Positions 50,751 through 62,000 of a stretch of DNA of 62,000 nt are shown here, piece by piece. Numbering within the stretch: position 1 is the stretch's first letter; every line of letters begins with the position of its first letter. Source of the stretch: Chiloscyllium plagiosum (Eukaryota); NCBI RefSeq assembly GCF_004010195.1, contig NC_057751.1, positions 7,902,137-7,964,136 on the forward strand, written 5' to 3'. The notes below the pieces were generated by a model. It did no database searches and was not told where the DNA came from. It saw only the letters and a list, made by a program, of their open reading frames with translations. A program made the translations under genes and the position numbers.

Positions 50751-51651
50751 TGAGGGGTTGGATTGGTTCAGGACGATATTCACTGGAGTTCATAATAATG
50801 AGGAAGGGATCTCATTGAAATCCAGCAGGATTAGACAGGGCAAGTTCGTGAAGGATGTTCCCACTGAGAGGGAAGCCCAGGACCGGAAGGGGCGACGGGG
50901 GGAGGGGGCAAGTCACAGTCTAAAGACATGGACAACATAATTTAGAACAAAGACGAGGAGAAATTTCTTCATCCAGAGAGTGGCTGAGGCTGTGGAATTG
51001 AGGCTGAGACACTGAATGATTCCAAAACGGAGTTGGGGATAGTTCATAGGGCCACAGGGATCAGAAGGTACAAGGAGAAACTGGGAATAAAGTACTGAGT
51101 TTAATGTTCAAATTGAATGGTGCACAAGGTTCGAAGAGCCGAATGAGTGACTCCAGCTCCAATTCTTTTCATTGCTGTGCCTCAATTTTATTAGAACCTG
51201 AGTCATTTTCCATTCCCTCCATCATTTTACCTGTTCTGTCATCTGCAACCTCCTGAATGCCTCCAACATATCTGGGTTCCTTCATTTCTTGCACACTTTT
51301 GATTTTAACTATTCCATTTTTGGCAAACTCCCAAAATATCTCCCTCCACCTCTGCCCACCTCATGCTTCTATTTCTTCAAGATGCTCCTTCGAACTTCCT
51401 GCTTTGACAAAATTGTGGTCAGCATGTCCCCAAGAGACTCTGCAGTCAAATTTTGTTCCAAAATATTCTGTGAAGCACCGTGGGGACATGCTGTTATGCA
51501 AATGTCCACAGACGAATGCAAGATGTAATGTTGCTTCATCCAAGTTGCCCATCTTCTCGAGAGGAGTCAACGTGAAGGTGGTATTCTTCGCAAAATTCTG
51601 AGTAGAGTGCAGGTTGTCATGAAGATGTGTCAGGGTTCTCACACTATTTAC

Positions 51652-51688
51652 CTCTGTACTCTGACTCTGTTCAAGTGTTGTTTCAGCT
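51652..51688 (-). CDS. Candidate small exon (ELKQHLNRVRVQ)
   Basis: gatcttcag| acceptor, GAG|gtaaat donor, 37 nt; phase-1 entry compatible with 52051-52164. Confidence 0.25.
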
Positions 51689-52050
51689 CTGAAGATCATG
51701 TTTAAAAACATGGCACGTAAAAGTACTGCCAAAGTTGTCTTCCTGATGTCCACCACTCAGTTCATGCAAGACCCTTGCGACTTTCTTGACAGTCGGCACT
51801 CAGCCAGTGATATTGAGAATTAGTACCGTTCAAGTACTAATTAGCCACTTGCCCCATGACATGTACATCTTCTCTCTTCCTAGCAGACCCCCTCTGCTGG
51901 TATATATAGCCAACAAAGTACACAACGCAATTTTCAACACGTTACCATCCGTGACCTGTTACAAATCTCGAGGAACTACACTGGAGTGAGTCTGTCCCTT
52001 CGATAGAGATGGAGTAAGGGGGGGTGGCACTACCACTGAGAAAATCTCAC

Positions 52051-52164
52051 CAGAAATAAAATGAAAAGCAGCGGTGAAAGTTCTGAAGTGATGTTTTGGC
52101 CGGGTTGACGAGGGATTGTCTGGCATTCTGTCTGCGACTGAAGTAATGAGCTCCTGGAGATGAT
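52051..52164 (-). CDS. Candidate exon (HLQELITSVADRMPDNPSSTRPKHHFRTFTAAFHFIS in phase 1)
   Basis: ttttttaattgtcttccag| acceptor, CTG|gtgaga donor, 114 nt; frames 0 and 1 both open; unique sequence. Confidence 0.45.
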
Positions 52165-52809
52165 CTGGAAGACAATTAAAAAACTGACTGCAGACAGCAG
52201 ATCAACCCAGTTTATATGCATTGAATATGAAACCCAGAGGCCATTTTAAAAACAAAAATCAATGATCTGTTTTGAGTTGACTGTGGAAATCCTTTATATA
52301 AGTTCTTTTGAACAAAATTTATGCTGAGTTGTTGTAAAATATAAATCTCTCACATGACTGTTGACCCAGAATGATTATATTTTTATCTCCCTTTCATCTC
52401 CGGACAGTTCTGAAATTTTGTGCTCATCAAGTCAGCAATGCAGATTTCGACAAACGGAACTCTTTCCCATTTTTTTGGCATCAGTTGTCAACAGCCACCA
52501 AAACATTCCATGGTCGTGCACAGCATGTGTTACCTCTCACAGTCTCACAACCTCAGATGATGCATCCCCTGCTCCAACACCCTTCCCTGCCAAATCACTC
52601 CTTCCCCAGTTCCTGAAGAAGGTAAATTCTCAAACAGTTGCATCTCCTCCCCATCCCCTGAGAAGCTCTTGGCATCCGTTCAGGCTGGTCTTTTGTCATG
52701 TACAATCGTACCACATTCCAAGTTTGTGAAAATCTGCCCCATTTGGCGAGATTGATCAGTGACTGAAGCCCGCATTAGTACATTTCGTATTGTTGTACAG
52801 GGTAGCACA

Positions 52810-53375
52810 CATAGAACACAGAACATGCAACAATACCATGCAGAACAGGCCCTCGATGTTGCGCCGACCTGTGAACTAATCTAAGCCCATAGCCCTACAC
52901 TATCCCATCATCATCCATGTGCTTATCCAAGGACTGTTTAAATGCCCCTAATGTGGCTGAGTTCACTACATTGGCAGGCAGGACATTCCATGTCCTTACC
53001 CTTCTCTGAGTAAAGAACCTGCCTCTGAAGTCTGTCTTAAAATCTATCACCCCTCAATTTGCAGCTATGCTCCCTCTTACAAGCCAACATCATCCTAGAA
53101 AAAGGACTCTCACTGTCCACCCTATCTAATCCTCTGATCATCTTGTATGTCTCTACCAAAACACCTCTTCGCCTTCTTCTCTCCAATGAGAACAGACCCA
53201 AGTCCCTCAGCCTTTCCTCATATGACCTTCCCTTCCAGACCAGGTAACATCCTGGTAAATCTCCTCTGCACCTTTTCCAATACTTCCACATCCTTCCTGT
53301 AATTGGGGGGAGGGGGGGACCAGAACTGTACACAATATTCCAAGCGAGGCCACACTAACGTTTTGTACACACAGT
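52810..53375 (-). mobile_element. CR1 LINE 3' fragment
   Basis: YKTLVWPRLEYCVQFWSP...SYEERLRDLGLFSLERRR. Confidence 0.9.
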
Positions 53376-56375
53376 TGTGACGGATCCCGCCCTCGGTTCC
53401 CAATCTTTTATATTCGGCCATATTCCTAAGGCAGGGAAATCTGAGCATCAATTGATCTTGGCAGAACTGGTCTGGAGTCAGGCATACCTGGAGTGGAAGG
53501 AAGTTCCTGGTCATTCCTTGCCCGGTTGTCAGGCAAAAATCCAAGGAAGTAGCACAGCAGAGAACATCCTCAATAGCAAGAGAAGAAGGTGCCATTTATG
53601 AGGAACAAACCCCTTTATCAGTCCTTGTACTGTTAATATCAGATACCTGATGTCCAGCTTCCCCTCACTACAGCATTATCAATGCGGCCCTCTCAACAGC
53701 TTCCATCCTGTAAAGTGAATCTACCAAAATGAGGAAGAGCAGGTCAAAGGTCAGTATCTGTTCAAGATGCTCCCACAGTGACCATGTGTCACCAGATGTT
53801 GACAATCATAGGCTGTGGGAATTTTTGGTTCAACACTCTTGGAATATGAAGCTGACATCAGTCACGGTGAGCAAAAGACTTTATTCTCGATTACTGCAAA
53901 AGCTCATCATGTTCCTTCACGGGTGGAAATTCGTGTTCATGACCCTCTTGTGACAAGAGAGTGACAAATCAGAAGGTTGGCTCTGAATTACCCTCTGAAA
54001 AGGCTGAGCAAACTACTCACTACAAAGGCAGTCAAGGATGGGCAATGATTGCTGACCTTGCCCGTGACATGAACATCCCGAGGAGGAAGTAAGAAAAAAG
54101 AATCAAGTCAACCAAATCCAGGAATACAAACTTACCACCAGTCAGAAAGCATACAGCGGACCATAATGAACAGAGAACAGTTCATTCTCTCCCAGTTGGG
54201 CAATTGCATCAGTAAAATTGAACTCACAGGTGTCCATTAGGCACAGTGCTCAGTTAAACATCAATATGAATGGCATAAGATGCAGAGGGATACCAGGAAA
54301 TACTTCTGATAGGGTGAGGTTCTGTGATGTGGATTACATTGTCTGAAAGGATGGTGGACACAAACTCCACAGTAACATTCAAAAGAGAACTGGAAGACAA
54401 TGGAGATAGTAACATTGACAGGTCCAATGGTAAGAGGAATGGGACTAACTGGAGAAATCCAACTGAGATCCAGAATAGGTACCATATTTTAAGGATCGAC
54501 TTGAGGCAGACAGCTTTTTTAATCACGCAGGGAGTCAAAGGTTATGGGAGAAAAGCAGGAAGCTGGAGCTGAGGATTATCAGATCATCTCACTGAATGGC
54601 AGGGGAGATTCAAGAGGTTGAATGGCCAGCATTTATTGCTGCATCCCTAATTACCCAGAAGGCAGTTAAGAATCAACCACATTGCTCTAGGTCTGGAGTC
54701 ACATGTGGGCCACACCAAGTAAGGTTTCCTTCTCTGAAAGCCATTACATGTCCACCTCACCCTTATCCACAAATGTCGATTTTAAGAATGCACTGAGCTC
54801 AACTCCCAAAGCTTGCACTTTCTTACTGGTCCATGGCAAGAAATGGTTGCTCAGACTTGACAGGCCAGATTATCTGCTTCCATGATCGGATATTGTATGA
54901 GTCCATGAGTTACTGTGAAGTGTTGACTCCCTGCACTATGTCAGAGGGCAGTTCAGAAAGTCAAACAGGTACATCAGATTAAGCAAGCAAGGTAGATTTC
55001 CTTTCTTGAATGGCTTGGGTGAACCAGATTTTGTTTTAACTTAGGGCAATTGATTCTCATTTCACTGTTCATAGCTTCCTTCGGCATCTGGATTTATGAG
55101 TAGAAGTTAAATTCCACCAGCTCTCATCACAAGATTTGCATGTATAATCCCAGAATATAAGCCTCAGCTTTTGGACTGCAAGTCCAATGGTGTGTGCATC
55201 TGCCATGGTCTTTTCTGTTGCACCATGAAGCAACTGTTCCCCTGTGAATCTTCATATAACGTCAACAAGAAATCAATGTTTTTACATTCAACACCTCTTC
55301 CACCAAAATCAAGGCTTCTCTTCACCTTCATTGACTTGTTGCCCAATAACTTTTATCGTTTTCCTTTCCTTTTCTGGACTTCTCCTTGCACCATGTATTA
55401 TTTCAGATCTTTCTGCATTAAACTGAATTCCTGCACATCAAGTTCGACGTGCGCAGAATAAACTGATAAATGTTTTGGCTTATCAACCCCATAATCACAA
55501 TTGTATTTTAAGTAAGAGAAAATACATCACATATTAAACAGGTAGATGTAACAGCGAGAAGGAGACAGCCAAATCAATATGGAGAGACATCAGTTAATGA
55601 TAACAAGGGCTAAGCATCAGCGGCTCAAGGTGAACAAACAGATAGTGGGCTCATTAGCTGAATGAAAGAAGCTGCAAGGAATTGCAATGCGATAAATCAA
55701 ACCACCTTCAATATCAAACAAATGCAACTGGGATAGCACAGGGTTGAAGGTACAAACAACTGCAGAAGATAAATGACTTTTCTTCAAATGACAACAGGGT
55801 ACAAGGGAGGAAAGTGTGCAAGTCTTGTATAGACTGTGATCCCCATGAATTTGTAACATCAGGGCCTTGATACAAGTCACTGCCTTTCTGATGTTGGAGC
55901 AGAGTCTTCCAGTCTCAAGGTACTTCTAACTCGATGACTTATGCCTGGTACATAATGGAAAGGCTCTGGAGAGTCAGGAAGGCAGTTACGCACACAGAAC
56001 TGACAATCTCTGACCCGATCCTCTGGTCATTGTATTTCTGGAGTTGGCCCAGTTCAGTTTCTGGTCCATCCTGTGAGGACTTGTACTGTTGAAGAAAATG
56101 ATGATGGGACCATCAATCAAGGTTGAGGAGAGATGATTTGATTCCCACAGTCCAAACATGCGCATGTTTCCCTGTGACCATTTATTCCTGCACTGGTTAC
56201 AAATCTGTCTATCTCAGCCTTGAAAATATTTAACAACCAAATCTCGACAGCCCTTCGAGGTAAAGAATTCCCTTTCTTACCTTGTTAACTCAAATTTATT
56301 TGGTTTGTTCTAAACCATGGAATCTTGAGATTTTACTCTCTTCCCAAACTTGGTTGACATTCCAGACGTGAACAT

Positions 56376-56712
56376 GGGGAAGCAATAGCCTAGCGGGATC
56401 ATTACAGACTGCTAATCCAGAGACCCAGTTTATGTTCTGGGGACCTGGGTTCGAATCCTACTAAGGCAGATGGTGAAATTTGAAGAAATAAACACCTGGA
56501 ATTAAGAATCTAATGATGACCATGAATCCATTGTCGATTGTCGTAAAAATCCCATCGAGTTCACTCAGGTCCTTTAGGGAAGGAAACTGCCATCTTTACG
56601 TGTGACTCCAGACCCACAGCAATGTGGTTGACTCTTAACTGCCCTCTGGGCAATTAGGAATGGGCAATAAATGCTGAGCTTGGCAGCAATACCCTCATCC
56701 TGTAAATAAACG
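56376..56712 (+). mobile_element. Family B SINE
   Basis: A/B boxes (tagcctagcgg, ggttcgaatcc) and body. Confidence 0.85.
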
Positions 56713-57780
56713 AAAAAAAAATGTGGAACCTGATGCTCAATCAAAATGCTCGACAACGGAGGGAATATTTGCTTGTTGAAGGGTAGTTATTGTTGTCATG
56801 TAGGCAAGAGCACTATCAATTCAGACATGTACTACTGTCCAATAGCAGTTGGATTATCTGCTCCCTCACGGCGTCAATTAAGGGATCAATATCAGCCAGA
56901 TCACAAGCGGTGAGGACCACTGCATCTCTCAGAAATAGTGCCGTGGGATCCTCAGAGCCATCTGAGAGATCGAATGGGATCTCAGTTGAACAAGCATGAA
57001 GAGAAAGCAGGAATGGGGTAATGAAATTGTACAGCCATGATCACATTGAATGGTGGTGCAGGCTCGAAGGGTCAAAGGGCCGACTCCTGCACCTATTTTT
57101 CCAGTGTTTCTACGTTTCGCCTCACTTGAAAATGGCAAAACCGACACACCGTGGAGTACAGGCTCAGGTCAGCGGAACTGGAACCCATCACCACCTGGTT
57201 CACAAGTGACATCGAGTGAACCACGGTGAGGTCAAGTATCTGGGATGAAACACATCAGGCCAACGATCAGTCGAGGAGGAAGTTTCCACAGGGAGCGAGT
57301 GACTCCAGCCTGGAGGGATGTCCATTTGGATCAGAACAGGCGCAGGACACGATTTCGAGTGTGACGAGCTCCGTAGCAGAATAGACCACCCTGAGCCAGC
57401 ATCCGGACCCGCAGGGTTTCAGAAGAATCCACCCAGCTGAGGTTCTGGCAGATGTCAAGGCGAATCTCAGGAAAGCAGGAGAGATAGAGGTGACAAACAT
57501 ATAAGTGTCGCCGGGTGGATTGATTCTACGCCCGTCAGACTCAGAAAAGTGAAAGGAACTCATCAGCCACCTCAGTAATCCACAAAACTGGCCCATAGTT
57601 TGGACCGATTCATCACGAAGGGTGAGGCCGCACAAGAACTGAACGGTCACTGATGTTTCCTCTCCTTTTCACGTCCAAAGCAGGAATCTCATTACATCCC
57701 CTGGTGGGATTTTACTCTGAAAACAACAAATGTTTGGATATCACATGGGTTCAGGCAGCATCCATGGAGACACAGTAAGT

Positions 57781-57812
57781 TAACGTTTCGAGTCTAGATG
57801 ACTCTTCATCAG
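57781..57812 (-). ncRNA. Minimal hammerhead motif
   Basis: minus strand CTGATGA-A-GAGTC-ATCTA-GACTC-GAAA-CG-TT. Confidence 0.7.
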
Positions 57813-57949
57813 AGCTGAAGCGTGGAGGGGGTACCACTAATGCAATAGTGAGTGAGTGTGGGGAGAATGGTGGTTGTCATCATACCCTACTAATTTAAAG
57901 TTCGGCATTTTCTAATGACCCCAACAGGGCATTTGACTTGTATCACAAC

Positions 57950-58585
57950 TCCCCTCACCTCTGTCCAAGGCCCCAAGGGATCCTTCCACATCCGCCAGAA
58001 GTTTACCTGTACATCTACCAATGTCATCTACTGCACCCGTTGCACCCGGTGTGGTCTGCTCTACATCAGGGAGACAGACGCCTTCTTGTGGACTATTTCA
58101 GAGAACATCTCTGGGACACCCGCACCTGCCAACCCCACCACCCTGTGGCTGAAAACTTCAACTCCCCCTCCCAGTCAGCTAAGGACATGCAGGTCCTGCA
58201 CCCCCTCCATTACCAAACTGTTTCCATCCGTCGCCTGGACGAAAGATGCCTCACATTCCACCTGAGGACCCTGCAACCACACGGGATAAAAGTGGTTTTC
58301 AACATGTTCCTCATTTCCCCTCTCCCCACATTATCTCAGTCCCACGACTCCAATGCCGCACTGCTCTCTGGACCTGTCCATCACCGCGCCCCATCCCCCC
58401 CAACCCCGACCTATCACCTTCATCCACCTATCACTTTCTCAGCGTCCTTCCGCCCCACCTCCACCCATTTACCTCTCAGCCCTGGCCCACAATCCTCATT
58501 CTTGATGAAAGGCTTATGCCCAAAACGTCGATTCTCCTGCTCCTTGGATGCTGCCTGACCTGCTGTGCTTTCCAGCAACACGCTG
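57950..58585 (+). mobile_element. Penelope-like retroelement 3' fragment (GIY-YIG endonuclease plus pLTR)
   Basis: FTCTSTNVIYCTRCTRCGLLYIRET...FREHL...PVAENFN...LRTLQPHGIK, frameshifted; pLTR with mutated HHR at 58501-58529. Confidence 0.85.
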
Positions 58586-59877
58586 CTTTGTTCTGCCAAA
58601 CACTATGTGCCATTTCAATAGCTGTTAACTCTCTGCAAAACTACCGTCTGCTTTGAATATTCAAAACGGTGGCCATAATTTTGAAGACCTCCCTGGTGCC
58701 ACTGCAAAGGACTCGAGGACAGAGCTTGCACAAGTCTTCTTTCATCATCCACACACACTCTCACATGATGGGATTGCCCACGGCGTAACACAGAAGTCAG
58801 CCCACTCAGATTGCCCTGTGTTCTCGACGTCAGACCAGTTGAGCCCTACTCCCAGCTTATTCCACATCCCTGCAACCTTTACCTACATCTCTTGACAAGC
58901 ACAGGCTCCATGAGGTCTGCCACACCAGCATCAGATCACCCAGAACTGGGCCCTGGGTCTGTGGTTCATTCCTTCTGTGGATAGAGGTGCATTCAATAAA
59001 ATCACCCATGTTCACACACCGAGTGCTGACCCTGTCTTATGACAGAGGTCAGGTACACAGCAAGCCAGAATGAACAGTGAAGGAGAAAGTGGGGGAATAT
59101 AGAGGGGAAACAGTAGAAAAGCAATGCAACACCAGAGTTTCCAAAGTCAATTGGTAATAATGAGTTGTAATGTAAATGTGACAATCCATCTCCATCAGGA
59201 GATTGAATCTGGAGACTCAAACTGCAACCTCTATGAAAGCAAAAACATATTTAAGTCATTGGCCTTTCTGTATAAAAATGTCACATTCCCCTGTAGAACA
59301 AATTTGTATTCTTCAAGAAAACTTGATTAAATTCAGTGCGTCGCACCATCTTTTTTTATCTCATTGCTAACAGTGAGATAATTATTATCTCTGGGCATCA
59401 GAGAGTTGTGTGAGGTCTAATTCCCAAGCCTACAGTTAAACATTGGTTCATTAAATCAATCTAATAGCTAAGTGCTTGTCTTTTTTATTATTCTGAAAAT
59501 ATACTGAAACCTTCAAGTTTGAATAACAAGCAAATCAGGCCACATTCCTGTCAGGATGGCTGTTTTCCACAAGATCTGAAGTGCATCTCTCCGGTTTCGA
59601 TCCACAAAAATCAATAACGTTCAGGATTATCTGCCTAAGGATTGGAGAAAGTCTTCACAAAGCTGCAGCGAAAGACATCTTCTTTAGTCTATGTCCAACA
59701 ATTGGTCAGAAGTCACATGACACCAGGTTACTGCCCAGCAGGTTTATGTGAAATCACAAGCTTTCCGAGTGCTGCTCCTTTGTCCAGTGGAGTCAGAAAG
59801 CGCTCCAAAAGCTTACGATTTCAACGAAACCTGCTGGACAATACCCCGGTATCATATGACTTCTGACCTTGCCCACC

Positions 59878-60487
59878 TGTCACAAAGCTGGTCCTTTTTT
59901 CTCAAGAATACTGCGTCCTTGGTTTCTTTCAGAAGGGTCGTAAACAGGCCAGGATTCAAAATGTCTGGGTTTGGTCGAGAGATGAAAGGCCTTTTTGTTT
60001 ATACATAAACAGATGAGTCTTTAGGTCAAAGCTCTTATGTTTTCAGAAGTAACCTGTATAAGACAAGGGAGCGTGGCCAGCTCTCTAGCTGAGCAGTTCA
60101 GTTTTGAACTTTATCTCAGAGTTCAGCAGTGGGCTGTGTGGAAACAGGCTGCTCGACTCTCTCTCCTTCTGCCCTTCTAACTTTGACCTTTGTTTCATTT
60201 TTACTGTCTTTGAGGGGTTTGTTTATTGGGACTGTTGTGCATATTCAGAACAGCATAGTTAAGTCTAGGTTGGATAGACTGAGGTCAGTAGGTGTTCTTT
60301 ATGCTGTTCTTTGTATTTCATTTCATAATTTTGTGAATAAATTTTTGTCTGTTTTAAAACCTGACGGTCAACCCAGCTAACTTACTCCAGATAATTTTCA
60401 GTGTACACTTACCAAAACAAACTGCAAAGTTACGGTCTGGGCTGCCTGCTTAACAATGTTTTGAGTGGTCTGGCCTAGTCCATATCA
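59878..60487 (+). mobile_element. Solo LTR (Gypsy-like)
   Basis: TG...CA termini, exact 4-bp TSD cacc, internal AATAAA near 60336. Confidence 0.8.
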
Positions 60488-60686
60488 CACCCCAGTCCAA
60501 CACCAGCACCTCCACATCATACATCCCACACAGGACAACACCTACTGCATTTTGGTAACAAAAAATAAGAGCACAGATCATGTTGAAGGTGATGATTTAC
60601 TTCAATGAACATCTCCATTTGAGAAAAGGATTTTGTTAACAAGGCCAGCATTTGTTGACTATCCTTCATCATTGTTGTGGTTCTGT

Positions 60687-60950
60687 TCGGATGAATGCCA
60701 TGCCTCTAGGAGTTCCCTGGCTGTTCTCTGTCTGGCTTGCCCTGTGATAGTAGTGTTGTCCCAGTCGAATTCATGTTGCTTGTTGTCTGTGTGTGTGGCT
60801 ACTAAGGATAGCTGGTCGTGTCGTTTCGTGGCTAGTTGATGTTCATGTATGCGGATTGTTAGCTGTCTTCCTGTTTGTCCTATATAGTGATTAGTGCAGT
60901 CCTTGCATGGTATTCGTCTTGCTCATATTGGGTATCGGGTCCTTCGTTCT
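60687..60950 (-). mobile_element. Penelope-like GIY-YIG endonuclease fragment (second family)
   Basis: Minus-strand translation IPCKDCTNHYIGQTGRQLTIRIHEHQLATKRHDQLSLVATHTDNKQHEFDWDNTTITGQARQRTARELLEAWHS. Confidence 0.85.
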
Positions 60951-61554
60951 GGATGATCCTTCATCATCCTGAGGATGGTGATGGGGCGTCACCTTCTTTA
61001 ATTACTTGCTGCCCCGTGCATCAATGTTGTGTTGTCACAATGAGAGAGAAACGTTCTGACACAGCGTCAGTGCAGCAACAAGTGATACAGCTCCAAGTCA
61101 GGGTAGTCTGTGGCTTGAAGGATGTTGTATGGAGTCTGCCAATCAATCGCTCATCCACTGTGAATGAGTTCATTTGAATCACTGAGACACAGTCCTGGTC
61201 ACCAAATAGAGACCGCAGCAAACATTGTGATTTCTGGCTCCGTGCATCATGAAACCAGCAGGCAGAGTCACAACATTGTATACATACAGCACAAGGAGTC
61301 CTTCAAGGTGGACTCTCTTAAAGTCAAGACACACAAGACAAGAGGATGTAACTTCCACAGAGGGAACACTGGCTTTGGAAGGCTGAGGAGCAAACTGGAT
61401 GTGTGACTGTTCAGTTCAAGGGTACCCCACCCTCAACTCGACTCATTTTCTCAATGCACTGCAGTGGGATGTGAGTTTACACAGCACAGTGAACGCCTTG
61501 ACACCAATCCTGTAATGTCATTACTGAAGCACATCGCCCACCGGAAGCTCAAAT

Positions 61555-61900
61555 TTTTTTATTCACTCAGGGGATGTGGGCAGCTCTGGCTAGGCCAGCA
61601 TTTATTGCCCACTCCTGACAGCCTAGAGGGCAGTTAAGAGTCAACCACATTGCTGTGGGTCTGGAGTCACATGCAGGCCAGACCAGGTAAGCACGGCAGA
61701 TTTTCTTACCTAAAGGAGGTCAGTGAACCAGACGGGTTCTTACAACAATCAACATTGGGTTCACACTCATCACCAGAATATTAATTCCAGTTTTTTAATC
61801 ATCCACCTGCCTTGCTGGGGTTTGAACCCGGGTTCCCAAAACATTAGCTGAGTTACTGGATTAATCGTCTCGTGATTATACCACTAGGCCATTGCCACCC
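61555..61900 (-). mobile_element. Family B SINE
   Basis: Full-length reverse copy. Confidence 0.85.
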
Positions 61901-62000
61901 ACAAATTCTTCTGTCATGTTTGGGGGGGATGAAGTACTGAACATTCCTCTGACTTCTGGAAGGGGACAGGCATTGAGCATGAAGCTCAATTTTAATCTCA

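Overview
Repeat-rich (roughly half TE-derived) vertebrate genomic DNA, most likely an elasmobranch (shark). This is inferred from HE1-type V-SINEs, HER1/CR1 LINEs, Deu-domain SINE relics and a ~67-bp tandem repeat typical of shark genomes. There are two assembly gaps. The window appears to hold the 3' part of a large, minus-strand, multi-exon protein-coding gene that I cannot name. Its best-supported exons are 17230-17322, 15553-15746 and 11945-12000 (phase-linked), plus 4750-4878 and a terminal exon ending ...ITDAPVLEV* with AATAAA at 3098-3103. Weaker exon candidates extend up to 52164. Nearly all ORF-track entries are TE fragments or spurious. The most striking signal is a dozen or so minimal type-I hammerhead ribozyme motifs (CUGANGA-stem II-GAAA-CG-UH) with co-varying stem II. 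They are carried by several families of Penelope-like retroelements and their short fold-back derivatives, some with 11-15 bp TSDs. Also present: Gypsy-type solo LTRs, RTE and Rex1/Babar fragments, a Tigger-like MITE, and local templated duplications, one of which copies an exon's splice acceptor. All repeat-family names come from pattern recognition, not a database search, and repeat boundaries are approximate.
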